DNA of 64,000 nt. Source: Octopus vulgaris (lineage: Eukaryota). The notes under the pieces are model-generated. The model saw nothing but the letters and a program-made list of their open reading frames with translations, did not search any database and had not been told where the DNA came from. The DNA lies in NCBI GenBank assembly GCA_951406725.2, contig OX597819.1, positions 47,864,001 to 47,928,000 on the forward strand. The letters run 5' to 3'. Position numbers and translations under genes: made by a program. Each line of letters begins with the position of its first letter. Within the stretch, counting starts at the first letter, position 1. Positions 37,857-52,200 of the stretch are shown here, piece by piece.

Positions 37857-37902
37857 CTGGACTGATGACGAGCAATGGACTCAGAAACATGCATGTCTCT
37901 AG
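37857..37902 (+). ncRNA. Minimal type I hammerhead ribozyme motif
   Basis: Stem I CTGGA/TCTAG, CTGATGA, stem II GAG/CTC, GAAA, palindromic stem III ACATGCATGT, GUC cleavage triplet. Confidence 0.6.
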
Positions 37903-38049
37903 ATACTAGCCCTAGCTGGTGGGGGTGCTTGCCTCCCCTTCGCAAATATAAGGACACAGGAAATGTGTCAAAGCCGACAGGAACCGTCAATGCTTCCTAG
38001 GGCTAAATAGCAGTGGTGTAATTCCCTTTACGGGACTGTCACGTTATGT

Positions 38050-39030
38050 TATAATAATAATAATGAAATTAATTGTATACAGTGCTCAGGTGCACCACAA
38101 CTTGTCAGAAAGTGCATATAAAGTACATGCAGTAATGTAGAAATGTCTGGAAAGCGAACAATGTATGAGTCAGATACATGCTTGTGTGTGTATGGAGGGG
38201 AGAAAATCAAGTGTAGTGTTGGCGAATCTCAGGAAGCATGGAAGTTTTGAAGGATGCAGTGCTCCGACAACTAACAACTGATGCCGGCAGTTTGTTCCAT
38301 GCTTCAGCAACTCTCAGCGTGAAAAAATGTTTCCTGAAGTCATGGGAGCTGTGCTGTTTTTTTACTTTGTAAATATGTCCACGGGTGTTAGATGGGTGGA
38401 ATTTGAAAAGGTGCTCAGAGTTATTGTTTGTACGATGGTTGATAATTTTATGGGTGTCTGCCAAGTCAGCTGCCAGACGTCGGAGTTTCAATGTGTCCAT
38501 GCCCAGGGAAGTAAGGCGTTCAGGATATGGCAAATGCCTGATGGAGGGTATTCTTTTGGTTGCACGTCTCTGAACAGCTTCCAGACGATTGATATCCTGG
38601 GCAAGATAGGGGTTCCAGACCGGTGATGCAAATTCTAGGTGAGGTCTTACCATAGCTATATAAAGCCGCAGATAGATAGCCGGAGAGCGGCTCACAAAGG
38701 ATTTGGTGAGTGATACCAAGACACCCTCAGCCTTCTTGACAATTTTAGCGATGTGTTTTGTCCAATGCAAATCACTGTTGACAATAACACCCAGGTCACG
38801 TTCACATGAAGACTTTTTGAGACTAGTGTTGTGGAGGGAGTAGGTGGACGCTGGGTTTCTCCTCCCAAAATGCATGGTGGTACATTTGTCCACAGCCAGC
38901 TTGAGTTGCCAGTCCATGATCCACTGCTGCATTGTGTCCAGGTCTGCTTGTAATAGAGATCTATAGTGTACAGGATTTGACCTCTTTATTTCGACGTACA
39001 GCTTGATGTCATCTGCATATTGACAGTATA
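38050..39030 (-). mobile_element. 5'-truncated CR1/L2-group LINE (RT C-terminus, 3'UTR and (ATT)n tail)
   Basis: Uninterrupted frame YADDIKLY..LQADLD..W..W.L..DKC..MHFG..ERDLGV..VRPHLEFASPVWNP..LEAVQRRATK..FFTLRV..WN.LP; 3' end reads CATTATTATTATTAT on the minus strand at about 38050-38065. Confidence 0.93.
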
Positions 39031-39456
39031 CAACCACTCTATTGCTCCACCACCGCTCATGTCTCTCCGAGACATTTAGAAATTCAAAATTCAATATTTC
39101 TAATTTTGTCTTATTTCAATTCAGACCAAAAAAATAAATATTTTCATCATTTACAAGATAATTCAAATTAATTACTGTAAGTCTTTAACTGTGATATCAA
39201 ATTTTGTGATTATTCCAGTAATGATTTCAAATATCCACCAAAAAATAAAAGGGAATTTTCGTGCAAGTCACATTGCCTTAGTAAACTTTATGTATTTCAA
39301 CAAAAAGTAATTTCAAACATGACATTCCCAAACAAAAGATAGATTGATGTATAAAACTGCTTTCTGCTGTTAAGGGTAATGAGGTGATATATATATCTGA
39401 TGTCTGCAGCAAAAAGGTTGAATCAAAGTGGAATTTTTTATTTATTCATATATATA

Positions 39457-39700
39457 CTAGCAGTATCGCCCGGCATTGCTTGGGTTTGTTTCGATCCTTT
39501 AGAATTGGAATTTTTGAAAAGTAAAAATTTTGCATTATGTAGCTTGTTATTCTCTTTCAGTGAACATTTTCCTGGTTGAAATACACCGAAAAGTAGTGAC
39601 ACGGCAGTCAAAAAATCGTAAAAAGTAGGGATTTTCATAGAAAAAAAAAGCACCTTTTTGATGTAAATAATTTTTGGTGTTAACATGGTCCAATTTGAAT
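39457..39700 (-). mobile_element. Non-autonomous Helitron 3' end
   Basis: Minus strand CCCAAGCAATGCCGGG hairpin followed by CTAGT. Confidence 0.65.
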
Positions 39701-40774
39701 GCTAACCACTAGGTCACATCCCTTCACACAGGATAATATAGTTGCTACATAAACAGGAGAAAACTACTTCGAGAGCAGTATCATTCCTAGTATTTATGAT
39801 TCAATGTAAAATACATGTACATCATAAAGTGTAATCAAACACTTTATAAAAATAACAACAAATTTTAACTTATTTTTGTTTTTCATTTTAAAATTAATAC
39901 TGAAATAGTATTTGTCTTAATCTGATTTTCAAGGATAGATAACTCCTACTTCTTGTTTGAATTAAGGAACTTCGTTTAAAATAAACATGTCGATAACATA
40001 TTTGAATTTTATGCATATTATATCAATTTTTTTTTTCACTTTATAATTAAACTTTTTCAGAACTAAATCAGTTTTGAATTTTATCTATTTGTTTCAGGCA
40101 TACCCACCTGTTTATGGATAGACTGTAATCTAATTTTTTATGTCAGTATTAATTCTGAGTACACTAGTATGGTTTCTACTGTGTTCAGACGTTGCTACAA
40201 CTCTACACTTCACAGGCAGCAGTAGGAAAGGATACATTAAGAAGTAAAATAGGAGAAAAGAAGCCAAGAGTCTGTAGCTAAATGAAAAAGCAAATTTGAG
40301 GAATTAACAAAAATATTGAGAAAATAGCAAAATTTTTACAAGGAAATATTTCTACAATAAGAGATACTATGAAATTTGATGAAGATAGATGAAAATTTAA
40401 ATGGAGTGTGCATTAAAATCATTGATTAAAGTGTGTTGGTGATGTGGAATCAGTGAAATAACAGAGTAGGAACATTGTTTCTACAGTTTATGAAAATGAG
40501 AATACTATTAATGCTTGTCTGGTGAGTACTTAAAAAATAAATAATGGTACTACAAAAGAAAATACCTAAATCAAAGATACAAAAGACAGGATTTTGCTAT
40601 TGGTTCACATCGTTCATTTGTTAAATATTTGTTATTCCAAGGGTTAGATGGAGACATGAGTATTTGAGGCAGCATTTTGCAGTCAGATGCCTTTCCTGTT
40701 GCCAACTCTTATCCAGCTTTTTTTTTTATTCAACTGATCAATATGGAATATCCTTTGTGCATGCACTCACATAA

Positions 40775-40810
<36 letters not shown>

Positions 40811-43673
40811 CGTCATTAACACTTCAGTGTCCACTTTTCCATGCTCTCATAGGTCAGATGGGATTTGTTGAGGCAGATTTTCTCTGGTTAGATGCTTTTA
40901 CTATCTCCAACCCTTACCTGTTTCCAAGTAGGGTAGTATTTCACCATAGCTGTATATTTTCACAGAAGACTGTTAGTGAAGGACACGGCTTCCAAGACAG
41001 TGATGCTTGTTTGCAACTATGATGTGGAGAAAAGAAGAGACCAACACATACACAAAACATATATATATATACATGTATACAATGGGCTTCTTTCAGTATT
41101 TATCAATAAAATCCACTCACAAGGTTTTGGTCAGCCCAGAGCTCTAGTAGAAAAACATTTGGCAAAGTGTCATGCAGTGGGACTGAACCCAAAACCATGT
41201 GATTGGGAAGCAAGCTTCTTAACACCAAAACTGATGCACCTTATTTTAATTTGATCAAGAAAAATATTACATTTGATATTTTGAAGATAAATCATCTGGA
41301 TATATAGATTTTGGATTATCTGTGATAATTGTTTTCTATTAATCCATATTAAAGTGTGATAAGAAAAATTGGTTGATATTGCAATCATATCAAAAAATTT
41401 GGATGGTAAATTAGACTAGATATATATATGTGGCTGTGTGGTAAGAAGCTTGCTTCCCAACTACATGGTTCCAGGTTCAGTCCGATTGTGTGGCACCTTG
41501 GGCAATTATTTTCTTCTAAAGCTTTGGCCAACCAAAGTCTTGTGAGAGGATTTGGTAGACAGAAACTAGAAAAAGCCCTTCTCATACATATATGTGTGCG
41601 TTTTTGTCATCCACCATCATTTGATAACCAGTGTTAGTGTCTCTTGTTGGTTTGATAAAAAAAGACCAATTAAATAAGTACCAGGTGTGAGAAAAGAGTA
41701 GCAGGGTTGATTTATTTGACTAAAAATTATTCTAGGTGGTACTCCAGCATGGCCATAGTCTAATGACTGAAACAAGTAAAAGATACTACAGCAAAAATAC
41801 TTGAATTTTTCAGAATGTTTAAATATTTCTGGTCATCAGAGTTATCTTTTCCCAAATTTAATATTCATTAATTTGAAGAGGCAATATGGTTATTGTTAAA
41901 AAAATCATAAAAGCATTTATAATTTTTTAATGCAATATTTGGTAGGTAATAGTTCTTTCTGATAGAACCCTATGGAGGAGATGCCTGAGGATCTACTCCC
42001 ATGACCTTCCCAGGAACAGTGAGAAAGAAAATGGATGGATATATAGATGGCATACAATGCTTAATATTGAATTTAGAAGGTATGTATTTTTGAAGAAGTC
42101 ATGCTGGGCAAAATGCTTAGTGGTATTTCGTCTGTCTTTATGTTCACATTCTGCTGAGATCGGCTTTGCCTTTCATCCTTTTGGGGGTCGATAAATTAAG
42201 TACCAGTTGTGTACTGAAGTATCGACTGGCCCCCTCCCCCCAAATTTTGGGCCTTGTGTAGAATATATGTATAGAAAAGAATATATGTATTTTTGGTTTA
42301 GTCCTCCAAAGTACATCTGTTAACATGATTGGAACTTAAACTTCAACTTGGGGTCTTTCAAAGTTTAGTAACCTTACAAAAACATGAACTGTAATTTTCA
42401 GTTGGATTATATACTATTCTTAACAGCCTGGAGAGGATTCGAATAAAATACAAAGCTCGGTTGTAAGGGTTAAAAAAACTGCTTCTGAGTTGTTAATCTT
42501 GAGGACAGTGTAAAATAATAGAATTGATGACAAATTAAATAACCAGCACAGCTGTCACATTGCACGTGACTTAAATACTTAATTACACATACCCTTTGAT
42601 AACAGTTAATGTTGCACATCCAATGGCACACTCTGAATTCAATACCTGTGCCTCACTCTCAAATAATATTACATTCTTCAGAAAGGTGGCAAGCTGGCAG
42701 AAATGTTAGCATGCTAGGCGAAATGCTTAGTGGTATTTCGTCTGCTGTCACGTTCTGAGTTCAAATTCTGCCGAGGTCGACTTTGTCTTTCATCCTTTCA
42801 GGGTCGATAAATTAAGTACCAGTTACGCACTGGGGTCGATGTAATCGACTTAATCCTTTTGTCTGTCCTTGTTTGTCTCCTCTAAGTTTAGCCCCCTGTG
42901 GGCAATAAAGAAATAAGAAATGTTAGCATGCTGGGTGAAATGCTTAGTGGTATTTCGTCTGCCTTTATGTTTTGAGTTCAAATTCTGTTGAGTCAACATT
43001 GCCTTTCATCCTTCCAGGGTCGATAAATTAAGTACCAATTGCATACTGGGGTAGATCTAATCGACTACCCCCGCCACAAAAAAAAAAATTTTCAGGCCTT
43101 TGTACCTAGAGTAGAAAAGAATATTACATTCTTCAGAGAAACTCTTTGTTGCCAAAAGAGATAACAGCTTGCCTGCCTTTTTCTACCCAAGACATATTCT
43201 AACAACCATACTTGCACTATAATGTCCTCCAGCATTAATTAGGTTACCTAAGTACAAAAAACTATTTACTAAATGTAGAATACACAGGAAATTAAATTTG
43301 AGAACAGCTATACCTAACTATCATGTGCCTTTTTGTTCTGGTTCTGTCAATATGCCAGATATCCTTTCTGCAACTATAGTGTAGCTATTGCTTACACTGA
43401 ATTGATCTAATACTTTTCTTATATACTAGAACTACATAGTTGTCACTGAAACTTGCCCCCTGGTACTAGGTGCCATATTGACCACTGGATCTTTTGGCTT
43501 GGAACCATTCTACTATGTTTGGAACTTAATCCTTTTATGCCCACATTTCTAATGTAAAGCTTCAATTACTTTAAAAAATGATCAAGAATTTGGTAAAATA
43601 ACTCACTTTTTCACTATGGTGCGATTATCTGATATAATTCTACAGAATGATACTAAAATCATGATAGGTTTAA

Positions 43674-43893
43674 CTCTTTAGCATTCAAACCGGCCATATC
43701 CAGCCCCAATATTCTACCTGTTTTATATTCAAACTGGACAGATCCAGCCTCTCATAACTATCTTACAGCGTCATTCTAAACCCAAACAATCACATCATCA
43801 AAATTTCGAAGCTAAGAGAAAATGCATGAGTAATTGAAAACATTGTAAATAAACAAACATTACATTCAACAGAGTAATCTGAATGCTCAAGGG
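43674..43893. mobile_element. piggyBac-type MITE (related copies at about 15275-15860 and 61549-61737)
   Basis: TTAA-CTCTTTAGCATTCA...TGAATGCTCAAGGG-TTAA. Confidence 0.75.
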
Positions 43894-46078
43894 TTAAATT
43901 TAGATCTGTAAAAGACATTTTTGTCTCAGAGAAAAAGAGGTGTCCTCAAGCAACTTGGCATCAGAAGGGTTAATGTGCTACTTAACATATTTTGAAATAA
44001 AAATGTGGTCATCAGAGCATAGAAACCTCTAAATCATAACTGTCCTCACGCATTTGTCTTTGACTATTCTCTGCTTTCTCAGCACCCACCACATTACAAA
44101 GTATGTGTAGGATGTTGTCATATGCCTCTCCAAGTTATAACACTTATGAATAGGAGAAATGCTCAGCTTATGTAACTGCCAAATGATATGATGATAGATT
44201 GCTTTATTTACTCCAACAGCAGTTGTTATTAGTCAAATATAGAGAGATACATATTGGTTGAATGTACATGCATGCATTTTATTCAAGAGTAGGGAAATCA
44301 TTGTAATAGCACTAGAAGAGACATAGAAAAAAAAAAGTAGAACGTTTATGAGTCAGTAGCTGGATTTTTGCCAATCAGTTAAATGGTCTTTTAGTAGACG
44401 CTAGTGTATGTAGCAGCACACCATCCCATAAGTATGAGCAGTACAGTAGTGGAGGGCCTTGCTTGTGTAAACAGCATGCAGCTGAGCTGAAGTACTTCCT
44501 GACTCTTAAGAGGAATTCCAGTATTTATGATGTTTTGGTAATGCTATAGATGTGAGGATATCATGAAAGATCGTGAAGCTTTGCATTGACAACTGTTGCT
44601 ATATGATGCTATGTTAATACATATGTTAGCCCTGGTTGAGCAGACTTATTAGCCCTTTTTATAACAGTAGGGTGTGATTTGAATGAACATCCACATACAA
44701 GTTTTTTGGGGTCAATATTGTTTTTACATTTGAGTTTCTGTGTAGATTGGTAGTTAGTGTTTTAGTTTAGTCTATATGTACGGTCTTAAACTTTGACAAA
44801 AAGGACATTTTTTTTGGTGGTAGTGGGGAGTTGATTACATTGACACCAGGACTTAAAGTGGTGCTAATTATATCAACTTTGAAAGGGTGAAAGACAGTTA
44901 TCCTCACTGGTATTTGAACTTGCGAGTGTAAACAGCCAGAAGAAAGGCTACTAAGCATTTTGTCCAAAACACTAATGATTTTCCCAGCTCACTACTTTTT
45001 AGTCTACTAATATGATGTTTGAAAGGAACAAAGACAAATAAATAATCTCCTTACTCAATTAACAACAGACAACTTATCTCCATTTGAAAAGCATATGTAT
45101 AACAACATGTGAATGTTGTTTGAAAGGTCAGAGTTGAGTATATTCCAAGAATGGTAGCCAAGAACAGAATCAAATCTAGGGTATAAAGTGCTTTGGAAAA
45201 TGTAGACAGATCACTGGATGACGCTTGCATGAAACTGATACTAGGTAACACAAGTGTCAGAGCAAGGAAGATTTAGGATTGGATGAAGAGATTCTGTAGT
45301 GCTGAATTGTCTTAACCCTTACCTATATGGTAAGATATATTAAAATATTGACCCAAACTAAGAGGTAAAAAATAGAGTAATTTTTAAACAATTAATAAAT
45401 TGTTTTTGTTTTCCTTCCACATAAGCTAAAAACATTTTATAAAAATTATGAGATTTGGATAAATTTTTATGTTGTGAAGATATGCAAGTACTGATGCTTC
45501 AAATAAAACCTTTCTTCAAAGAAATAAATTTTTTTCATGTTTAGGATAGTATTGTATAAATGTATTTGATATGCACAATGTTATCTTAAACATACAAATT
45601 TTTCTTACTTTGTTAATTTATTAAATGATTTTGGCTGATGCAGAATACCAGTTTCTGTAATTATTAAACTTTTGTTTGATGTAATATTAAATTTTATTGT
45701 ATTGTATCAATACCATGGGTAAACTGGATCAGAATCTTGAAATAAATTACTTACTTGCCTCTATGTTAAAAGCATAATAAATATTTCAAAAGTTGCCAAA
45801 TGCAGCCTGAAAAACTTCTGTATGCCATTTAAATAAATACATATTAAAAGCAAGGTGGCAATAAATAACCAACCAACCTCTCTTACTCAGTTGCAGGCCA
45901 TCAGACAAAAGCTCTCCAATCAGCAATCACAAGCCCTGTCATGAGTCAACTTCAAGCAAATTTTTCTCACACATACACACACAAATTAAAATACAGTAAA
46001 ACCAGTGTATCATTAGAATTTCTTTTTAATTCAGAAAATCTCAATGAAATCATCCAACAAGCATTTATCTCATAAAAA

Positions 46079-46231
46079 TTATCGTCTCTGTGTCTTTCCA
46101 ATACCACGTTTACCACTGAAAATATGTTTTGGTTTCAAATCATGAATGTGTCTATCAGATTCTCCTTTACGTCCATCCATTGTGAAGGACTTCATAGCCT
46201 TGCGTGTCATCTTTCTTACTTTAGCGACCAT
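46079..46231 (-). CDS. GTPBP4: GTPBP4 terminal exon
   Basis: [50 protein letters not shown] then TAA. Confidence 0.96.
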   Translation of the reverse strand: MVAKVRKMTRKAMKSFTMDGRKGESDRHIHDLKPKHIFSGKRGIGKTQRR

Positions 46232-49200
46232 CTGAAATATTTAAAATTAGATTTGAATGAACATGTGAAAAATAATATATGCAATACATACAATTTTTGT
46301 TTTGTTTTATTTCTTTACAAGAATAGTTAAAGTTCCAATGGCTCTGGAAATCCTCATAAAAATCATATGAATTTATTTATTCATCCAAGAGTTGAAATGG
46401 TTAATTAATAGTTACAGATATATTAAAATATAATTTCTAACACAAGGCCAGCATTTTTGAGGAGAACGAGTAAGTCGATTACATCAATCCCAGTACTTAT
46501 GAATAGATGAAAGGCTAAGTCAACCTTGGCAAAATTTCAATTCAGAGCTTAAAGAGCTGAGAAAAATATCACCAAGAACTTTGGCGTGTTAACAATTCTG
46601 CCAAATTGCCACTTTAGATATATTAAAATACATTAACTTCTAAATTTGGGACATTTTGGTAGGGGGAAGTCTCTAAGGAACTAATTAACCTCAGTATATT
46701 AGTGGTACTATTTTTCACTGACCTTCCATCTCCTGAAGAATGAAAGAAATGTAAAACCAAACCCTGCTCAAGACAAAGTGACCTAACAATATACTAGAAG
46801 GTATTTTACCACTTTCTACAAGAGTTTTACAAAATTTTCAAAATAGTCACATAAACTCAATCAAACGTTTACAAGTAATCCAGGAAAATACACTATTTTA
46901 CATGACTACCAATATTAACAGCAACAACAACTACAAAACCCAGGGCATTACCGATAGTCTCCCTTTGTAATATCACAGGCCTGAACACTATAAATTTTAA
47001 AATAAACGTTCCACTCAAGGAAATAAACTTTGTAAACAGGAAAAAAATCTTAACATTTTGCAATACAACACCAATGACATCATTCTCGAACTACATATTT
47101 TTATCAACATGCAAATTCATGCAATTATAATCCAGAAAGCAGTCTTACTAGCAAGATACTGCATTCCAAAATTCACTCACTCAGACTAGAAAGACCCCTT
47201 CTTTATAATGGAAGTGGTCATATAACACATAAAAACGTATGAAAAAAGGGAAACTGTGAGAGTTCCTACAATCACCAACAACAGAGACATTGCAGTATAA
47301 TAATTATAGACATAAGCTAAAAGGAAAAACGTATCCCACAAGGCAATGTAAAAATTACAACCTAAATTACACATCAGAAATAGCTAACCTTAAAAAACTC
47401 CCACAAAACATTCAAAACTACACACAGCTAAAATAAAACTCTGCATCAAACTAAACAAAAAGCGCCACTAAAGAAAAAAACGAAACTGGTAAATATTAGT
47501 ATTCAAAATAAACCACAAAACTATATATCAGCATCAACGATAATAAATAACAATGGTCACATCATACAGAGGATCACAATGACAATCTCCATATTCCCAG
47601 AGAGCAGCATCAAGCAAATGCTCAGAACAGAAATTTCTTGAAAGTCAATGCCAAAAGAACAAAGAAAACCCTACACAAGAACATAAAATAGAAAATACAC
47701 ACCTACCACTTAGACCTACCTCTACCATTAAATACACCACTAAAGACATACTTAAAACACACTGAAAGGTCCATGATGTGATATTGTTTAACAATAAGGA
47801 ACAAAGTAATTCCAAGTAAGGAGAAAGAAAATAGCTGCTGTATTTGATGACATATAAGACACTTTTCATGGAAGACAAAAGTCTCTAAAAAACATCACCC
47901 CAAGTCCTATATGTGAAGTTAGGCCTGTTACATGCTTTAATGCACTAAGAATGTTTTTCCCTGAATATATGCTGCTGAAGTTAAGGTGCATCTAATACAT
48001 CCACCAACAAACATGGCATATCTATTAAGATGAAAAATATATTTTATGTACCGTTTCATCTCGTAAACCAGATCGATCTCGAGGAGGCCTGGAAGAGCTA
48101 CGCATGGCTGCTTGAGAATCTTCTCTCTTTCGTTTCAAAGGCCTGCGTGTTGTACTACGGGATCTTTGTGTTGAATAGTTTTTCTCCTGAAACAGAAATG
48201 TTTATAGAATGAGTGGCTTCAAACAACATGAATTAATCAAAGGAGAAACGGAAATGAAATCAAAATATACATTAGGTTTTAATTTTTCATAGGTGTTAAA
48301 ACTTCATTTTGTGTTGAAACTGTGTATGTGGGATTTGTTATTGCTCAGCCACATTCTAATTTCTATTTATCCCACATATACAGCAAGGCAATCAGCCTTC
48401 TTCCTAACTTGTTTGTTATTCATTTTTATAAAATAGATTTTTTTTGTTCACTCTGGAATTTGCTCACTATGACAGCACATAAAACATGCTTTTCTGTAGC
48501 AACCTTACATATATTATCAGTATATAAATGTCTGTTAAATTTTTGAGAATGAACTAACTATTACTGATTAATAACTATGCTCAACTAATTTTAAGTAAAA
48601 TTTCTGAACAGCATGTTATATTGTCATATAAATTTCAGCTAAATTGAAAATTTTAAGTTCACTTCATAATTTGAACAAAAATTATTTATACACATTAAAT
48701 AAACTTCTTTCAATGATTTATATTATTCAAAATAACTTACACTGATTCTGTATGATAAAATGGTTAAAACTGAAGTTAAATCAATCAAGATGTATTCAAC
48801 AAAAAACTTACTGCACGTTCTAATTGTAAGCCCAAGTCATCCATTTGATGCTCCAAATCTCCAACAGTTCCAACAACTAATTTAGATCTTGGTATTCGTG
48901 ATGTCTTTCGCCTTTCTCGTGATTCTAAGATCATCAGTTGTCTCTTTTCATGTATTCTAAAAGAGAAAACAAAATAGTAGTAATAATAATTAAGAAGATT
49001 TTAACAGGATTAATCTTAAATTACTTGGTGATCCTGTCAGTGCAGGTGCCGCTTAAAAAGCATCCAGTCCACTTTGCTGGGTGGTTGGTGATACAAAGGG
49101 CATCCAGCTGTAAAAATCCTGCCAAACAGTCACAGAAGTCTGGTGCAGGCTTCTGCCCAACTAGCGCTTGTCAAACTGTTCTGCCCATACCAGTATGGAA

Positions 49201-52200
49201 GGAAGATGTTAAACGATGATGATGATGAATCAACAGATACAGGTATGACAGCTGACACTATTGTTGCAATCACCATGTTCCATTCGGAGTTTCGCTCATT
49301 GGATAGAATCTTAGGCAAGTATTTTCTATGGCTTTGACTTGACAAATGCCTTGTGACAAGTGGAGATGGAAACTTACGAAGTTCGTAATATCAACATATA
49401 TGTATATGTGTGTGAATTCATTTCCATGTGTTTTTTTTAAACGTCATTCTCTGGTAAGTAATAATCCCATAGGTTCAGCAGCTTTGTTGCTTTCAATTTG
49501 TGAGGACCAGTAGTGTGAAAATACCTTAAGTGGAAAACAAGGTAAGTAAAGGCTGGCCAAAGAAAATTTACCTCAACAAGTTTCTGACCCATGCCAGCAT
49601 AGAAAAGAAAAGCAAGAACGATAACTTTGCTGATAATTAAAATACCGTATTTTAACGCATATAAGGCACCCTCATGTACAAGGAAACCTCTAATTTTGGG
49701 GGCTTAAAATTTGGAAAAAAGGTTTTATAAGGGATTATTATACTATTCATGTATAAGAAACTCCCATATTTTTAAAACCTAATTTTTAACAAAAAAGGGT
49801 TCCTTATACACGTTAAAATACAATACTATTTATTTAAAAACAATAGGGATGGAGTATTAAAAAATATGAAAGAAAAATAATTTTAGAATTCATGTTATCC
49901 ATTTTTCTATGAGAAATCACTACAATTCAATCCTTTCTTACTGATAACTAGTGAACAGTGAAATAAAGAGCCTGACCAGTCCACAAAGTGCCTTTAACAG
50001 AGTCCACTCTGTTGCAAAGATTCTAAGTTCTCCAATCTGAGAATGACTTTTCTCTCCACCAGTCTTACAGGCTCTGAAAAATGACAAGTCATCTGTCCTT
50101 TCCCTACTGACCAAATCATAAAATCTGCTGAAGACAGACTTGGATACCACAAAATACAATTGATTTGTTGCTTAGACTACATCAGGCATTGTATTCTTCC
50201 TGTTTTCTTAAAAGTAGTTGAGTGTGGTAAGAGGACAAATTGGTTGCTATTTTCAATAGGTTAAGGAAACATGTAGAATTTCTCTTGCTGATTAGATAAA
50301 AGCAATTTTTAACAAAGGTATGAAGTTTCAAATCTACAGAAGAAAGCTATGGGTTGATGAACCAAAGAAATTAGAATGTGATTTAAATTGGGAATTGAAA
50401 CTGCTTTATATAGTTGGTTTAACAAGATCATAGAAAATAATAGCAAGTATCACAATAATGTCTCTATAAGGATTGAATGGAAGAAAAGTAGAAAAAATGC
50501 TCTAAGTATTCATAATTAGAGCACAAACGTCAGAGAGCCCACTTCATGCTAGACTTTTAATTTCCAACATAGGCACAATGTCACAAATCTGAAGGGTACA
50601 AGTTAGTCAACTAAATCAACTTCAATACTTGATTGGTATTAGTGGACCCTGGAAGACTGAAAGGCAAATTCGATCTTGACAAGATATGAATTCAGAACTG
50701 GAAGATACCATAAGGTATTTTATTGAATGCCCTAATGATGCTGCCATCCAATGCCCTCAACAACAGTAGTATTTTTAGAGAAAGGAGAAAGTCGATTAAC
50801 TCAGTCTCATGAAATGATCAGTAGTTCTGATATATATGTGAAAAGTCAAGTCAACTTCAGTCAGATTTGAATGCAGAAAGTAAAAGGACCTTTCCATTAC
50901 CCTAATAATATTGATCTATAAACAAGGGTACAAGTTCATAAGTTTTAGGGGAAGCTTATAGTCAATTATACTAATCATCAACTTCATCAGTGCATATTTT
51001 TGGCAAAGTCCACCTCAACAAGATTTGAGCTCAAGCTGTATAGGGACATAAATAGTGAAAGGCCTTTGATCTATCACCCTACTGATTCTACTAATCTACA
51101 CAAATCACCAATAATAATATTTATTAATGCTTAAGTAACACATAGTACAAATAAAGCCATGAAAATAGTTTTTTTTTTTTAAACAAACAAAATTGACCAT
51201 TAAAATTAGCAAATTTAAGCAAAAATCATTAAGGTTAGTTACTTGGCAGCAGCTTTTCTAATTTTCTTCATGTCTTCATCCTCTTCTTCATCTAAGTTGT
51301 TATAATATCCTGCAGCAATTCTCAGCTCTTCTTCTTTCTCTAATGCTTCCAGTTTCTATAAATACAATTGTTAGACTTAACACTATTTGAAAATTTAAAA
51401 AGAAAAATATTCAAATACATTTGAATTGTAATATAAAAAGTAAAAATTTGCCTTTTTTTTCCCGCAAAAAAAATCATCATAATTTAACATCCATTTTAAA
51501 ATGCTTGTAATAAAAGTGAGGGTTAAATGATGGAATATGTTAAGACAGATTTTCCATAGCTGGATGCCCCTCCTTGTTGATAACCCTGCAACCAAGGACA
51601 ACCAGACATGTTTTTCACAAAAGACAAAACAAACATTTTATGGGCTTTCTTCTATATTGTTTCCATCCTAGCATTATTGGAGTAACTTTTACAGCTGGAC
51701 ATCCTGCCTATCACTGGAGCCTCTCAGCCAGGCCAACTGAAGCAATACCAGATGAGTTTCTTGCTCACAGACAGAACACAATGATAGTGGTACAATTATA
51801 AATTATTTCATTCAAGGCCTGCTAGACTGGCATGGCAATTAAATTTATGAGACAAGATATATATTTTATTTTTTACAAGAAAATTACTTATTTGCTGTTT
51901 ATTACAATTCATTATAAATATACAGTTTTTTTTATATATATGTTAATGAGTTACACTGTCTGTGATTGCTCTATTTTGAGTGCATTAGTAAAAATCCGTC
52001 TCTAAGTGGAATGGTTGGTTAGCTAGCAACATATAGCCTACAGTGAGATGCTAGTAAGAAAAATATCAAGTAAGAATGGAAGCCTTCAACCAGACTTGGA
52101 TAAAGTAAAAGCAGTACATAGCAGCCAAAAGTAGTGGGTATCAGTTATTGCAAGGCTTTCCCTCCAAATCAGTTATGTCTATATCAATGCTCTTATTCAG

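Noticed and set aside
37721-46000. ASNSD1 coding exons
   Set aside because: No asparagine-synthetase-domain motifs found by eye in any plus-strand frame; a highly decayed remnant cannot be excluded
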